DNA from: Bacteroidota bacterium
GTDB taxonomy: Bacteria > Bacteroidota > Bacteroidia > UBA4408
Assembly (NCBI GenBank): GCA_040385525.1
Contig: JAZKHE010000002.1
Span: 969,786-1,033,785 of the forward strand
Reading direction: 5' to 3'
Length of the DNA: 64,000 bases
This document shows positions 1 through 8,831 of this stretch, one piece after another. The translations under genes and the position numbers were made by a program. The number at the start of each line of letters is the position of its first letter. The first letter of the stretch is position 1. The notes beneath the pieces were generated by a model. That model worked only from the letters and a program-made list of their open reading frames with translations, was not told the origin of the DNA and made no database searches.

Positions 1-60
1 GATGCAATAAAAGCAGAGTTGAAAAAAATCACACCGCATAATTACACAGGGGTTTTTTAA
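1..60 (+). CDS. purB: Adenylosuccinate lyase, C-terminal end (partial)
   Basis: Frame 1 reads DAIKAELKKITPHNYTGVF*; ELxxITPxNYTG resembles the PurB C-terminus. Only 19 codons are visible. Confidence 0.75.
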   Translation, partial: DAIKAELKKITPHNYTGVF

Positions 61-68
61 ATTTTAGA

Positions 69-1898
69 ATGAAGAATATTAAATGGATGTTGAGTTACGT
101 TAAACCTTACTGGAAACAGTCGGTTACTAACGTTTTTTTTAATATCCTTTCTGTAATATTTTCTTTGTTTTCGTTAACCATGGTAGTTCCTTTTTTGAAT
201 TTACTTTTTGGTAAACAAGAACTTGTTTTAACAAAACCAATTTTTCAATTATCTGCCGATAGTATTGTTGAGTATTTTAATTATTATTTAAGCACAATAA
301 TTAACGAACAAGGTAAAAGCTCAGCATTGCTTTATTTTTGTTTATTGGTAGCGAGTTTGTTTTTTCTAAAAAATCTTTTTCGCTATTTAGCGGTTTACTT
401 TTTTGCAACTGTTCGTAATGGTTTATCTCGCGATTTACGTGACGATTTATATAAAAAAGTTACAGGTTTAAATTTAGCTTTTTTTACTCGCGAAAGAAAA
501 GGAGATATTATTTCTAGGATGACGAGTGATGTGCAAGAAGTGGAATGGACTATTTTAAGTAGTATTGAAGCCGTTTTTAAGGAACCGTTTACAATTATAT
601 TGTCCTTGGTTACATTGGTAATTATGAGTCCAAAGTTGACTTTGTTTATTTTGATTATGCTTCCTGTTTCTGGATTTATAATAGGTTCTACAGGTAAAGC
701 ATTAAAAAAAGCGGCTACCGAAGGTCAGCGAAGAATGGGTGTTATGCTTTCTATGATTGAAGAAACTTTAAGCGGCATAAGAATTATAAAAGCATTTACT
801 GCAGAGTTGTTTACCATAAAACGATTCATGAATTATAATAACGATTATAATAAATTGATGGTAAAAATGTATCGCCGAAGAGATTTAGCTTCTCCAATGA
901 GTGAGTTTTTAGGAACCGTTGTTGTGGTAATTGTTATGTGGTTTGGCGGACAAATGGTTTTAGCTGGCGATAACGATCTTACAGCATCTGTATTTATAGG
1001 TTATATAGTGGTTTTCTCACAAATTATTTCTCCTGCAAAAGCATTTACAACGGCTTATTACAACTTGCAAAAAGGTTTAGCTTCTGCAGAAAGAATTCAA
1101 ACTATTTTAAATACAGATAATCCAATTAAAGAATCACAAACTGCAAAATCGCACTCAGAATTTACTTCTTCAATTGAGTTTAAAAATGTAAGTTTTGCGT
1201 ACAATAATTATAACGAAGATTTAATTTTAAAAGGAATAAATTTAACAGTTACTAAAGGTAAAACAGTTGCATTGGTTGGTCAGTCGGGTGCTGGAAAAAC
1301 TACATTAGCCGATTTAATTCCGCGTTTTTACGATGTAATTGATGGAGATATTTTTATTGATGGAATTTCTCTAAAGGAAATTAAAATGACGGATTTACGA
1401 AGTTTAATGGGTATTGTAACGCAAGAATCTATTTTATTTAACGATACCGTTTACAATAATATTGTTTTTGGAAATGAATCTGTTTCTAAAGACGATGTTA
1501 TACGAGCTGCTAAAATTGCAAATGCGCATGAGTTTATTGAGCAACTCGAAAATGGATATGATACAAATATTGGAGATAGGGGCGGAAAGTTATCTGGCGG
1601 ACAACGTCAAAGAATAAGTATTGCTAGAGCCGTTTTAAAAAATCCTCCCATTTTAATTTTAGATGAAGCAACTTCTGCTTTAGATAGCGAATCTGAACGA
1701 TTGGTTCAAGACGCATTAAACAAATTAATGCAAAACAGAACTTCTGTAATAATTGCACATCGTTTGTCAACCATTATGCACGCCGATGAAATTGTTGTAA
1801 TGCAAAAAGGCGAAATTGTTGAAAGAGGTTCGCATCAGCAATTGTTAAACCAAAACGGCACATACAAAAAACTGCACGATATGCAGGCATTTTTGTAA
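69..1898 (+). CDS. ABC exporter, fused permease/ATPase (MsbA-like)
   Basis: N-terminal TM domain, Walker A GQSGAGKT, signature LSGGQRQR, Walker B ILILDEATSALD. Confidence 0.93.
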   Translation: MKNIKWMLSYVKPYWKQSVTNVFFNILSVIFSLFSLTMVVPFLNLLFGKQELVLTKPIFQLSADSIVEYFNYYLSTIINEQGKSSALLYFCLLVASLFFLKNLFRYLAVYFFATVRNGLSRDLRDDLYKKVTGLNLAFFTRERKGDIISRMTSDVQEVEWTILSSIEAVFKEPFTIILSLVTLVIMSPKLTLFILIMLPVSGFIIGSTGKALKKAATEGQRRMGVMLSMIEETLSGIRIIKAFTAELFTIKRFMNYNNDYNKLMVKMYRRRDLASPMSEFLGTVVVVIVMWFGGQMVLAGDNDLTASVFIGYIVVFSQIISPAKAFTTAYYNLQKGLASAERIQTILNTDNPIKESQTAKSHSEFTSSIEFKNVSFAYNNYNEDLILKGINLTVTKGKTVALVGQSGAGKTTLADLIPRFYDVIDGDIFIDGISLKEIKMTDLRSLMGIVTQESILFNDTVYNNIVFGNESVSKDDVIRAAKIANAHEFIEQLENGYDTNIGDRGGKLSGGQRQRISIARAVLKNPPILILDEATSALDSESERLVQDALNKLMQNRTSVIIAHRLSTIMHADEIVVMQKGEIVERGSHQQLLNQNGTYKKLHDMQAFL

Positions 1899-1967
1899 TA
1901 TTCACGGTTTAATTTTTTCTTTCCTAACTATTAATTTGTAACTTTAGTTAAACTAATTGTATAAATT

Positions 1968-3764
1968 ATGCGTATTTCTTTAAAAACTTTAGCTGTTACT
2001 TTTTTAATTTATTTATTAGTAACTAATTCTTACGCTCAAAAAAATAAAGAAGGCAAATTTATTGTTAGCGGATTTGTTTATGGATATACTACCGAAACAT
2101 CTAAAAAGATGTTTAAAAAAGATACTCAATTTAAACAAGAAGGGAATCTGCAAGATGTTACAATAAATGTAATGCAGAACAACGAAAATATTTCGAGCAC
2201 AAAAACAAATAGTGCTGGAGTATATGAAATTAAATTAGCTTACGGAAAAATATACACTATTGAGTTTGTAAAACCAAATTACAAAAGCACTTTAGTTGAA
2301 GTTGATTTGACAGCAATTCCTAAGGAGGTGTATTTAAAAAATATAAGTTTTAAAGATGTTCAAATTAGTATGAATGCAATTGTTGTTGGCGCTGAAGACG
2401 AAGCTCTACAATCGATTGGTAAATTGTTTTTTGATGCTGAACAGTATTTTATTGATTTCGAATCTTTAGTAAAAAGTAAAAAAGGAATCTTTTCAAAAGA
2501 TAATCCATACAATGTAATTCAACATCTAAAAAATGCGGTTGAAATAAATAAAGAGCAAACAATTATTCTTGTTCAAAAAAGTTTAGAAGATAAAAAATCT
2601 ACATCCGAAAGTAAAGATGAAACTTCTTCTAATTCAGAAATAACTAAATCATCGTCTGCAGAATTAGGAAAACTAAAAGCTACTGATATTAAAAAACGCG
2701 AACAAGAAATTGCAGCTGCCTTAAAACAACTGGAAGCAGATAAATTAAAAGCAATTACTCCCGAAGAACTTGCTCAAATAGCCGAAAGAGAAAAGCAATT
2801 GAACGTAGCTGTAAATGAACTTGCTGATGCGAAAAAAATGATTGAAACGCAAAAAGATGAGATTTCTACACAACGATATCTTCTTTTTTTAAGTGGATTT
2901 AGTTTGCTACTACTTGGTGGATTTTTATTTATACTTTTTAAACATAATAAAGACAAAAAAATTGCAAATGCTTTACTTGCCGAAAAAACTAAAAAAATTA
3001 CAGATAGCATAAACTACGCAAAAAAAATTCAGAATTCTTTGCTACCCAACGAAGCTTTGGTTAAAGAAACTTTTAAAGATTCGTTTATGTTGTTTAAACC
3101 AAAAGATATTGTGAGCGGAGATTTTCCTTTCTATTTTAAAAATGGAAATAATGTTTATATTGCCGTTGCTGATTGTACAGGTCATGGAGTTCCAGGCGCA
3201 TTGTTGTCAATTGTTGGTTCTTTACTATTAAACGAAATTGTGCGTTACGAAAATTTATCGGCTTCGGAACTTAACGACAAATTACACGAACAAGTTGTAA
3301 GAACTTTGCGTCAAGGAGAAGCTGGTGGAGAGAACGAAAGAGATGGAATGGATATTGGTATGTGCAAAATAAATTTAACAACAGGAAAAATGGAGTTTTC
3401 GGGTGCACATCGCCCTTTGTTTATTTTAAGAAGTAATGCTAACACAGAAATTGAAGAAATTAAAGGAGATAAGTTTCCTATTGGGGGTGTTCAATACAAA
3501 GGTAGAAAAACCTTTTCTTCGTTTGAAACTGTTTTAAATAAAAAAGATAGACTCTTTATTTTTTCTGATGGTATTACCGATCAGTTTGGAGGATTTGATG
3601 CAAAACCAAACAAATTGGGCGCAAAAGCAATTCGTAAAATTATAGTTGATAATGGTGGCAAAAATATTGCTGAAACAAAAAATGTTTTAGATAATTATTA
3701 CATCAACTGGATGGGAAAACAAAAACAAATTGATGATGTTTTAGTTATTGGTATTGAGTTTTAA
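1968..3764 (+). CDS. Membrane-anchored PP2C/SpoIIE-family phosphatase with periplasmic domain
   Basis: Signal peptide, coiled coil, one TM helix, then DSINYAKKIQ, VSGDF, ADCTGHGVPGA, DGMD, SDG, DDVL motifs. Confidence 0.9.
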   Translation: MRISLKTLAVTFLIYLLVTNSYAQKNKEGKFIVSGFVYGYTTETSKKMFKKDTQFKQEGNLQDVTINVMQNNENISSTKTNSAGVYEIKLAYGKIYTIEFVKPNYKSTLVEVDLTAIPKEVYLKNISFKDVQISMNAIVVGAEDEALQSIGKLFFDAEQYFIDFESLVKSKKGIFSKDNPYNVIQHLKNAVEINKEQTIILVQKSLEDKKSTSESKDETSSNSEITKSSSAELGKLKATDIKKREQEIAAALKQLEADKLKAITPEELAQIAEREKQLNVAVNELADAKKMIETQKDEISTQRYLLFLSGFSLLLLGGFLFILFKHNKDKKIANALLAEKTKKITDSINYAKKIQNSLLPNEALVKETFKDSFMLFKPKDIVSGDFPFYFKNGNNVYIAVADCTGHGVPGALLSIVGSLLLNEIVRYENLSASELNDKLHEQVVRTLRQGEAGGENERDGMDIGMCKINLTTGKMEFSGAHRPLFILRSNANTEIEEIKGDKFPIGGVQYKGRKTFSSFETVLNKKDRLFIFSDGITDQFGGFDAKPNKLGAKAIRKIIVDNGGKNIAETKNVLDNYYINWMGKQKQIDDVLVIGIEF

Positions 3765-3765
3765 A

Positions 3766-4200
3766 TTATTGTTTTGTAAGTATAGCAGTGCAATTATCAT
3801 CGCTACTTCCATCATTAACAGTGTAGTTTAACGATTGAATTTTTTTACCATCGGCAGAAAGTGTACCACTGCCGCTCAGCGTATTTGTTCCAGAAAATGT
3901 TTGCGACGGAATCGTTAACGTGTTTCCGCTAACTGTTGCAATGGCTGTTTTGTTAAATCCGTAGTTATAAAAATTTTCAAGTATAACTTGACTTTTTTCT
4001 GTAGTTGATTTATTAATATCTACTGTAAAGGTAGAATTTCCATTAATTGAACTATTCTCTTCGCATTTCCATGAACCAACAAATTTATCTCTCTCATCAG
4101 TAGGAGTTGGAGTTTCCTCTTCTTCGGGAACACAAGATGTTAAAGCAAAACCTACTGCAATAAAATAAAGAAATAAAGTAAGCTTGGTTGTTTTTTTCAT
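3766..4200 (-). CDS. Lipoprotein of unknown function
   Basis: Preferred start MKKTTK at 4200; lipobox LTSC followed by acidic residues; DERDKFVGSW motif. Confidence 0.8.
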   Translation of the reverse strand: MKKTTKLTLFLYFIAVGFALTSCVPEEEETPTPTDERDKFVGSWKCEENSSINGNSTFTVDINKSTTEKSQVILENFYNYGFNKTAIATVSGNTLTIPSQTFSGTNTLSGSGTLSADGKKIQSLNYTVNDGSSDDNCTAILTKQ

Positions 4201-4229
4201 AACGTATGTTTTTGTAAAATTAGTCATTT

Positions 4230-5966
4230 TTAGAATACACTTATTATTCCAAAGTGAATTTTAGCAGCTCTGAGCAAAATTGGGTTGTCAAATTGTTTTC
4301 CTAGGGCGTAAGTAATATTAAAAATGCCCGCTTTTGTTTCAAAACTTAAGCCTGTTCCAAATCCGTAAGGTGTGTCGTGCACAAATTCGTTTACAATTCT
4401 TTTTTCGTAATAAGCGGCATTAAAAAAGCCAAAAAAGTAAGAGTTTTTGTCGAGTAAAAATCTATATTCTAATGCTGAAATACTATAACTAGATGCATAT
4501 ATCGATTCTTCATCAAAACCTCTAAGTGTGTTTAATCCACCAATTCTAAATACTTCGTTTTGAAACATGTTTTTACCGAATATGCCAGCCGTTTTATTTG
4601 ATATGGATAACACATTTCGTTTTGCAATAGGAAAATAAATTGCTCCACTAAAATCAAATTGAAATTGCACTGCTTTTAGTTTCATATTTTCATACAAATT
4701 TGCTGGCACAAACGGATTAATTCCAATGGTTTTGTTGCCTGCGCTGGTATTGGCTAATATGCTAAACCCTTTTGTTGGGTTTAAGCGATAATCTGTTTTT
4801 TCTTGTTTTAAACCAATACCATAACTGTTTATTTTTACATCAGCAAAGTCTGGTAATTTCGTTATGTTTTTTAATTGACTTGTTGATAATAAATTTGTGT
4901 TTCTGTTGTTAAAAAACACTTTAAAATAATTTCCACCGCTTAATAAATATTGCACACCTCCATTTAATTGAACATCGATAAATGTTGTATCTCTTTTGTA
5001 TAGCTTTATGTTGGCATCTATCCCAAAAGGGGTCTTAAATAAAAAAGGATACACAATTCTCCCTTTTAAATCTTGAGTTTGAACCTGCAGTTTTCGCCAA
5101 TCAACATCAAGTAATTCGCCTTTTCCTAAACTGTTTTCTAATCGTAAACGAGCCTGCCCAGTAATTAAAACTTTACCTGTTATTTCGTCGGGCATAATAC
5201 CTAAAATACCATCAAATTGATTTGCTTTTTTATTGGCAATAAATAAATTTAGTTTAGTGTATTTATCAGTAATTACTAATTGTGGAGCTGCTGTTGATGT
5301 AATAAATGCTAACTCATTCAGTTTGTTTTGTACTTGTTTTATTTTCGATTCTTGGTACAAACTACCTGGTTTTAGGTTGATGTAACTGAATAAATACGAT
5401 TTTGAAAGTTTTAAATTTTTATCGTAAACAATGCTGTCAATAATTATTTTTTTATTTTTTGTAACTAATAATTTTCCATTACTAATATTGTTGTTAAAAC
5501 TTAAACTATCAATTTTTATACTTGCAAATGGGTAGCCATTTTCTTCGTAATATCGAATAATTTTTTTAAATAAATCTGCAGTTTGTTTTTCTTTAAAAGT
5601 AGAGTTGTTATATATTTTTTCTCTGTAACCCGATTCGCTAAGCGCTGCTTCTTCAACATTTCCTTTATCAAGTTTTAGCCATTTGTATTTGTAACCAATG
5701 TGTAAATAAACTATGCAGTTTTTGTTTAACCATAAAACAGAATCGCAACTGGTTTCTAAATAGCCATCTGATTGTAATTTAAAAATTTCTGATTTTATTT
5801 TTTTTTCAATTTTTAGTGAGTCAATTTTATAATTTTCTGAAAGCGATTTTGTAATTTTTTTATCGGCTAAACTATCAGTTATTTCAAAATTTAGGATATA
5901 ATTTTTCTGGCAATAAGCAAAACTGTTGATAAGTACAAACAAAAAAAGTAAACTGATGTAACGCAT
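4230..5966 (-). CDS. Omp85 (BamA/TamA-like) outer membrane protein
   Basis: POTRA-like segments (YYEENGYPFA), RIGGLNTLRGF loop motif, C-terminal Phe. Confidence 0.85.
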   Translation of the reverse strand: MRYISLLFLFVLINSFAYCQKNYILNFEITDSLADKKITKSLSENYKIDSLKIEKKIKSEIFKLQSDGYLETSCDSVLWLNKNCIVYLHIGYKYKWLKLDKGNVEEAALSESGYREKIYNNSTFKEKQTADLFKKIIRYYEENGYPFASIKIDSLSFNNNISNGKLLVTKNKKIIIDSIVYDKNLKLSKSYLFSYINLKPGSLYQESKIKQVQNKLNELAFITSTAAPQLVITDKYTKLNLFIANKKANQFDGILGIMPDEITGKVLITGQARLRLENSLGKGELLDVDWRKLQVQTQDLKGRIVYPFLFKTPFGIDANIKLYKRDTTFIDVQLNGGVQYLLSGGNYFKVFFNNRNTNLLSTSQLKNITKLPDFADVKINSYGIGLKQEKTDYRLNPTKGFSILANTSAGNKTIGINPFVPANLYENMKLKAVQFQFDFSGAIYFPIAKRNVLSISNKTAGIFGKNMFQNEVFRIGGLNTLRGFDEESIYASSYSISALEYRFLLDKNSYFFGFFNAAYYEKRIVNEFVHDTPYGFGTGLSFETKAGIFNITYALGKQFDNPILLRAAKIHFGIISVF

Positions 5967-6138
5967 CGTATTGTTTTAGAGCTTTTTAGCCGTTAAAGTG
6001 TACAAATGTTAAATTTAGTAAGAATACTCAAAAATAATTTGGACTTAATTGCAAATGAATGTTTTTTTTATTTATTTTTGTTTAACGAATGTAATTAAAT
6101 AATATTATTAGCGTTATATAACATATAAAACTTTCTAC

Positions 6139-6243
6139 ATGAAAAAATTACTTTTAATCTGCTTAGCTATTGCTTTAACTGCAACTGTTGTTACTTCTTG
6201 TAAGTCTCACGAAAGATGTGCAGCATACGGTACAGCTAATTAG
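6139..6243 (+). CDS. 34-aa small lipoprotein (not in ORF track)
   Basis: MKKLLLICLAIALTATVVTSCKSHERCAAYGTAN*: basic N-terminus, hydrophobic core, VTSC lipobox; stop lies 1 nt before the ytxJ ATG. Confidence 0.8.
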   Translation: MKKLLLICLAIALTATVVTSCKSHERCAAYGTAN

Positions 6244-6244
6244 T

Positions 6245-6598
6245 ATGTCGCTTAACTGGAAGACGTTAAACAACTTAAATAATTTACTTGAACTTAATGA
6301 AACATCTAAATTAGATGATTCGTTAAGTTTTGTTATTTTTAAGCATAGCACACGTTGTTCAATCAGTTCAATGGCTAAAAGCCGTTTAGAGCGTGCTTGG
6401 GACGATACAATTAAAACGCCAATTTATTATCTAGATTTAATCGCTTATCGCGATATATCGAATAAAGTAGCCGATTTGTTTGAAGTTGAGCATGAATCTC
6501 CACAAATTTTACTGATTAAGAATGGTGTTTGTGTTTACAACGATTCGCATTCTAACATTTCAGTAAATGCTTTAAAAGAAGCTATTTCTAAAAATTAA
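6245..6598 (+). CDS. ytxJ: YtxJ-family thioredoxin-like (bacillithiol system) protein
   Basis: FKHSTRCSIS and HESPQ motifs; start moved to ATG 6245 (MSLNWK) because the upstream bases belong to the small lipoprotein. Confidence 0.88.
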   Translation: MSLNWKTLNNLNNLLELNETSKLDDSLSFVIFKHSTRCSISSMAKSRLERAWDDTIKTPIYYLDLIAYRDISNKVADLFEVEHESPQILLIKNGVCVYNDSHSNISVNALKEAISKN

Positions 6599-6992
6599 AA
6601 CTTATTGTTTGCTTAATATCTGGGTGTAAGCTTTTAGCAACTGGACAGGTTTTTGCAGCATTAATCAACATTTGTTTTTCCTTGTCGGAGTAAGAATTTG
6701 TAGGGAAATTCATTTCAATAATAATTTCAATAACTCTTCTTGGGTCATTAGCCATTATTTTGGTGGCTTTAATTTCAGTATTTGTAATGTTTATGTTGTG
6801 TGTATTTGCTGTTATTCCCATTATAGTTAGCATGCAACTGGCTAAACTACTGCACAATAAATCGGTAGGAGAAAAAGCTTCTCCTTTGCCATGATTATCG
6901 ATAGGAGCGTCGGTTATTATTTTATTATTAGAAGCCAAATGCGTTGCTTCTGTTCTTAAATCGCCTAAATAAATTATTTTTGCAGTTTCCAT
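6588..6992 (-). CDS. OsmC-family protein
   Basis: TDAPIDNHGKGEAFSPTDL...LASC and CPVAKSL motifs. Confidence 0.92.
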   Translation of the reverse strand: METAKIIYLGDLRTEATHLASNNKIITDAPIDNHGKGEAFSPTDLLCSSLASCMLTIMGITANTHNINITNTEIKATKIMANDPRRVIEIIIEMNFPTNSYSDKEKQMLINAAKTCPVAKSLHPDIKQTISFNF

Positions 6993-7025
6993 AAACTATG
7001 TAATTATTCTTCTGTTATAAATCTG

Positions 7026-7033
7026 TATATTTG
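7026..7033 (+). promoter_or_regulatory. Bacteroidota sigma-A -7 element (TATATTTG)
   Basis: Matches TAnnTTTG 18 nt upstream of ATG 7052. Confidence 0.55.
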
Positions 7034-7051
7034 CTTACTAAATTAGTATAA

Positions 7052-7801
7052 ATGCGAGTAATAATTGCAATATTTTTTTTCGTTTCTACATTTTCAGTTT
7101 ATGCGCAAGTAAAATTGCCTAAAGAAGATGTGTCAGAAAAATTATTGTTCGCTTCCGAAAAGTCGTACGGAATTATTATTCATTCAAATGGATGGGGAAT
7201 AAATTATAGATATGCTAAGGTTTTAAATGTAGATAATAAATTAATTTACGATGGCGAATTTGTAACACAAAGGCATCCGAAAGAATACAGATATTCCTCA
7301 AACGTTAGAAACGATGCGAAAAGTTTTGTATACGGAAAACTCAACTCTGTAGTGTCATTACGCGGAGGTGTTGGTTTTCAAAAAACATTATTTAGAAAAG
7401 AAAATTCATCGTCAATTGAAATTAGATATACAATAAGTGGTGGCCCATCTTTTGGGTTTGCAAAACCTGTTTATTTAGAAGTTTTTGCTCCATCGATAGA
7501 CCCCGATAGAGTCTTTAGCAGAGTTGAAAAATACAATCCGTATAAGCACGATTTAAGTAATATAATTGGCAGGGCATCGTTTGGTAGAGGTTTGTCTCAA
7601 ACTAAAATTTACCCAGGCCTTTATGCAAAAGCAGCTATGCAATTTGAGTATTCAACCGAAGATGAATATCTTAAATTTATTGAGTTAGGTTCTGTGGTAG
7701 ATATCTATCCAAAACCAATACCACAAATGGCTTATACAAAACAGTATTCTTGGCTTTTGTCAGTATACGTTAGTTTTAATTTCGGAAATAAAAATTACTA
7801 A
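7052..7801 (+). CDS. Hypothetical protein, probable outer-membrane beta-barrel
   Basis: Signal peptide, amphipathic strands, terminal VYVSFNFG. Confidence 0.65.
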   Translation: MRVIIAIFFFVSTFSVYAQVKLPKEDVSEKLLFASEKSYGIIIHSNGWGINYRYAKVLNVDNKLIYDGEFVTQRHPKEYRYSSNVRNDAKSFVYGKLNSVVSLRGGVGFQKTLFRKENSSSIEIRYTISGGPSFGFAKPVYLEVFAPSIDPDRVFSRVEKYNPYKHDLSNIIGRASFGRGLSQTKIYPGLYAKAAMQFEYSTEDEYLKFIELGSVVDIYPKPIPQMAYTKQYSWLLSVYVSFNFGNKNY

Positions 7802-7802
7802 A

Positions 7803-8681
7803 ATGTCTCAAGAAATAATTACTGCTTCAGAAGAAAAATTTAGAGTAAAAAAACCAGATTGGTTACGCGTAAAACTTCCTACAGGAAAAGAATATGCTGA
7901 GGTAAGAAAAATAGTTTCAGAACATAAATTGCATACTATTTGCGAAAGTGGTAATTGCCCAAATATGGGCGAATGTTGGGGTGCAGGTACAGCCACCTTT
8001 ATGATTTTAGGGAATATTTGCACACGTTCCTGCGGTTTTTGCGCTGTAGCAACGGGCAGACCATTGGCTGTTGATGAAGGCGAACCACAAAGAGTTGCCG
8101 AATCAGTAAGATTAATGAAAGTAAAACACTGTGTTATTACTTCGGTAGATAGAGATGAATTAAGAGATGGTGGTTCAATAATTTGGGAACGAACTGTAAA
8201 TGAAATTCGCAAAGCAAGCCCAGGTACAACAATGGAAACTTTAATTCCAGATTTTCAAGGCAAGTGGGAGAATTTGCAACGAATAATAGATGTAAAACCA
8301 GAAATAGTATCACATAATTTAGAAACCGTAAAACGTTTAACACGTCAGGTAAGAATTCAAGCAAAATACGAGCGCAGTTTAGAAGTTTTAAAACGATTAA
8401 AAGAAGGTGGTATAAAAACTAAATCGGGTGTTATGCTTGGTTTAGGCGAAACAGAGGAAGAAATTATAGAAACAATAAACGATTTACGCTCAGTAAATTG
8501 CGATATACTTACGCTTGGTCAATATTTGCAACCAACGCCAAAACACTTGGCTGTGCAGGAGTTTATACATCCTGATAAGTTTAAAAAATATAAAGAAATT
8601 GCACTTGTAGCAGGTTTTAAATATGTAGAAAGTGGTCCTTTGGTTCGTTCATCTTACCACGCCGAAAAACATCTTTTTTAG
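7803..8681 (+). CDS. lipA: Lipoyl synthase
   Basis: [12 protein letters not shown]4CX5C ([12 protein letters not shown]), radical [12 protein letters not shown]-terminal RSSYHA. Confidence 0.98.
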   Translation: MSQEIITASEEKFRVKKPDWLRVKLPTGKEYAEVRKIVSEHKLHTICESGNCPNMGECWGAGTATFMILGNICTRSCGFCAVATGRPLAVDEGEPQRVAESVRLMKVKHCVITSVDRDELRDGGSIIWERTVNEIRKASPGTTMETLIPDFQGKWENLQRIIDVKPEIVSHNLETVKRLTRQVRIQAKYERSLEVLKRLKEGGIKTKSGVMLGLGETEEEIIETINDLRSVNCDILTLGQYLQPTPKHLAVQEFIHPDKFKKYKEIALVAGFKYVESGPLVRSSYHAEKHLF

Positions 8682-8831
8682 CAATTAAATTCGTTAACAC
8701 AGAGCTGTTACAAAATTTATTTCACTTTTAACAAAACTTTTAGGTATAAAATTTTGTTTTTTACTTGTTTGTGTATTAACTTAGTGCTTTAATACATTTA
8801 ACAGACATTAACGATTTTAAATATATAAGTC

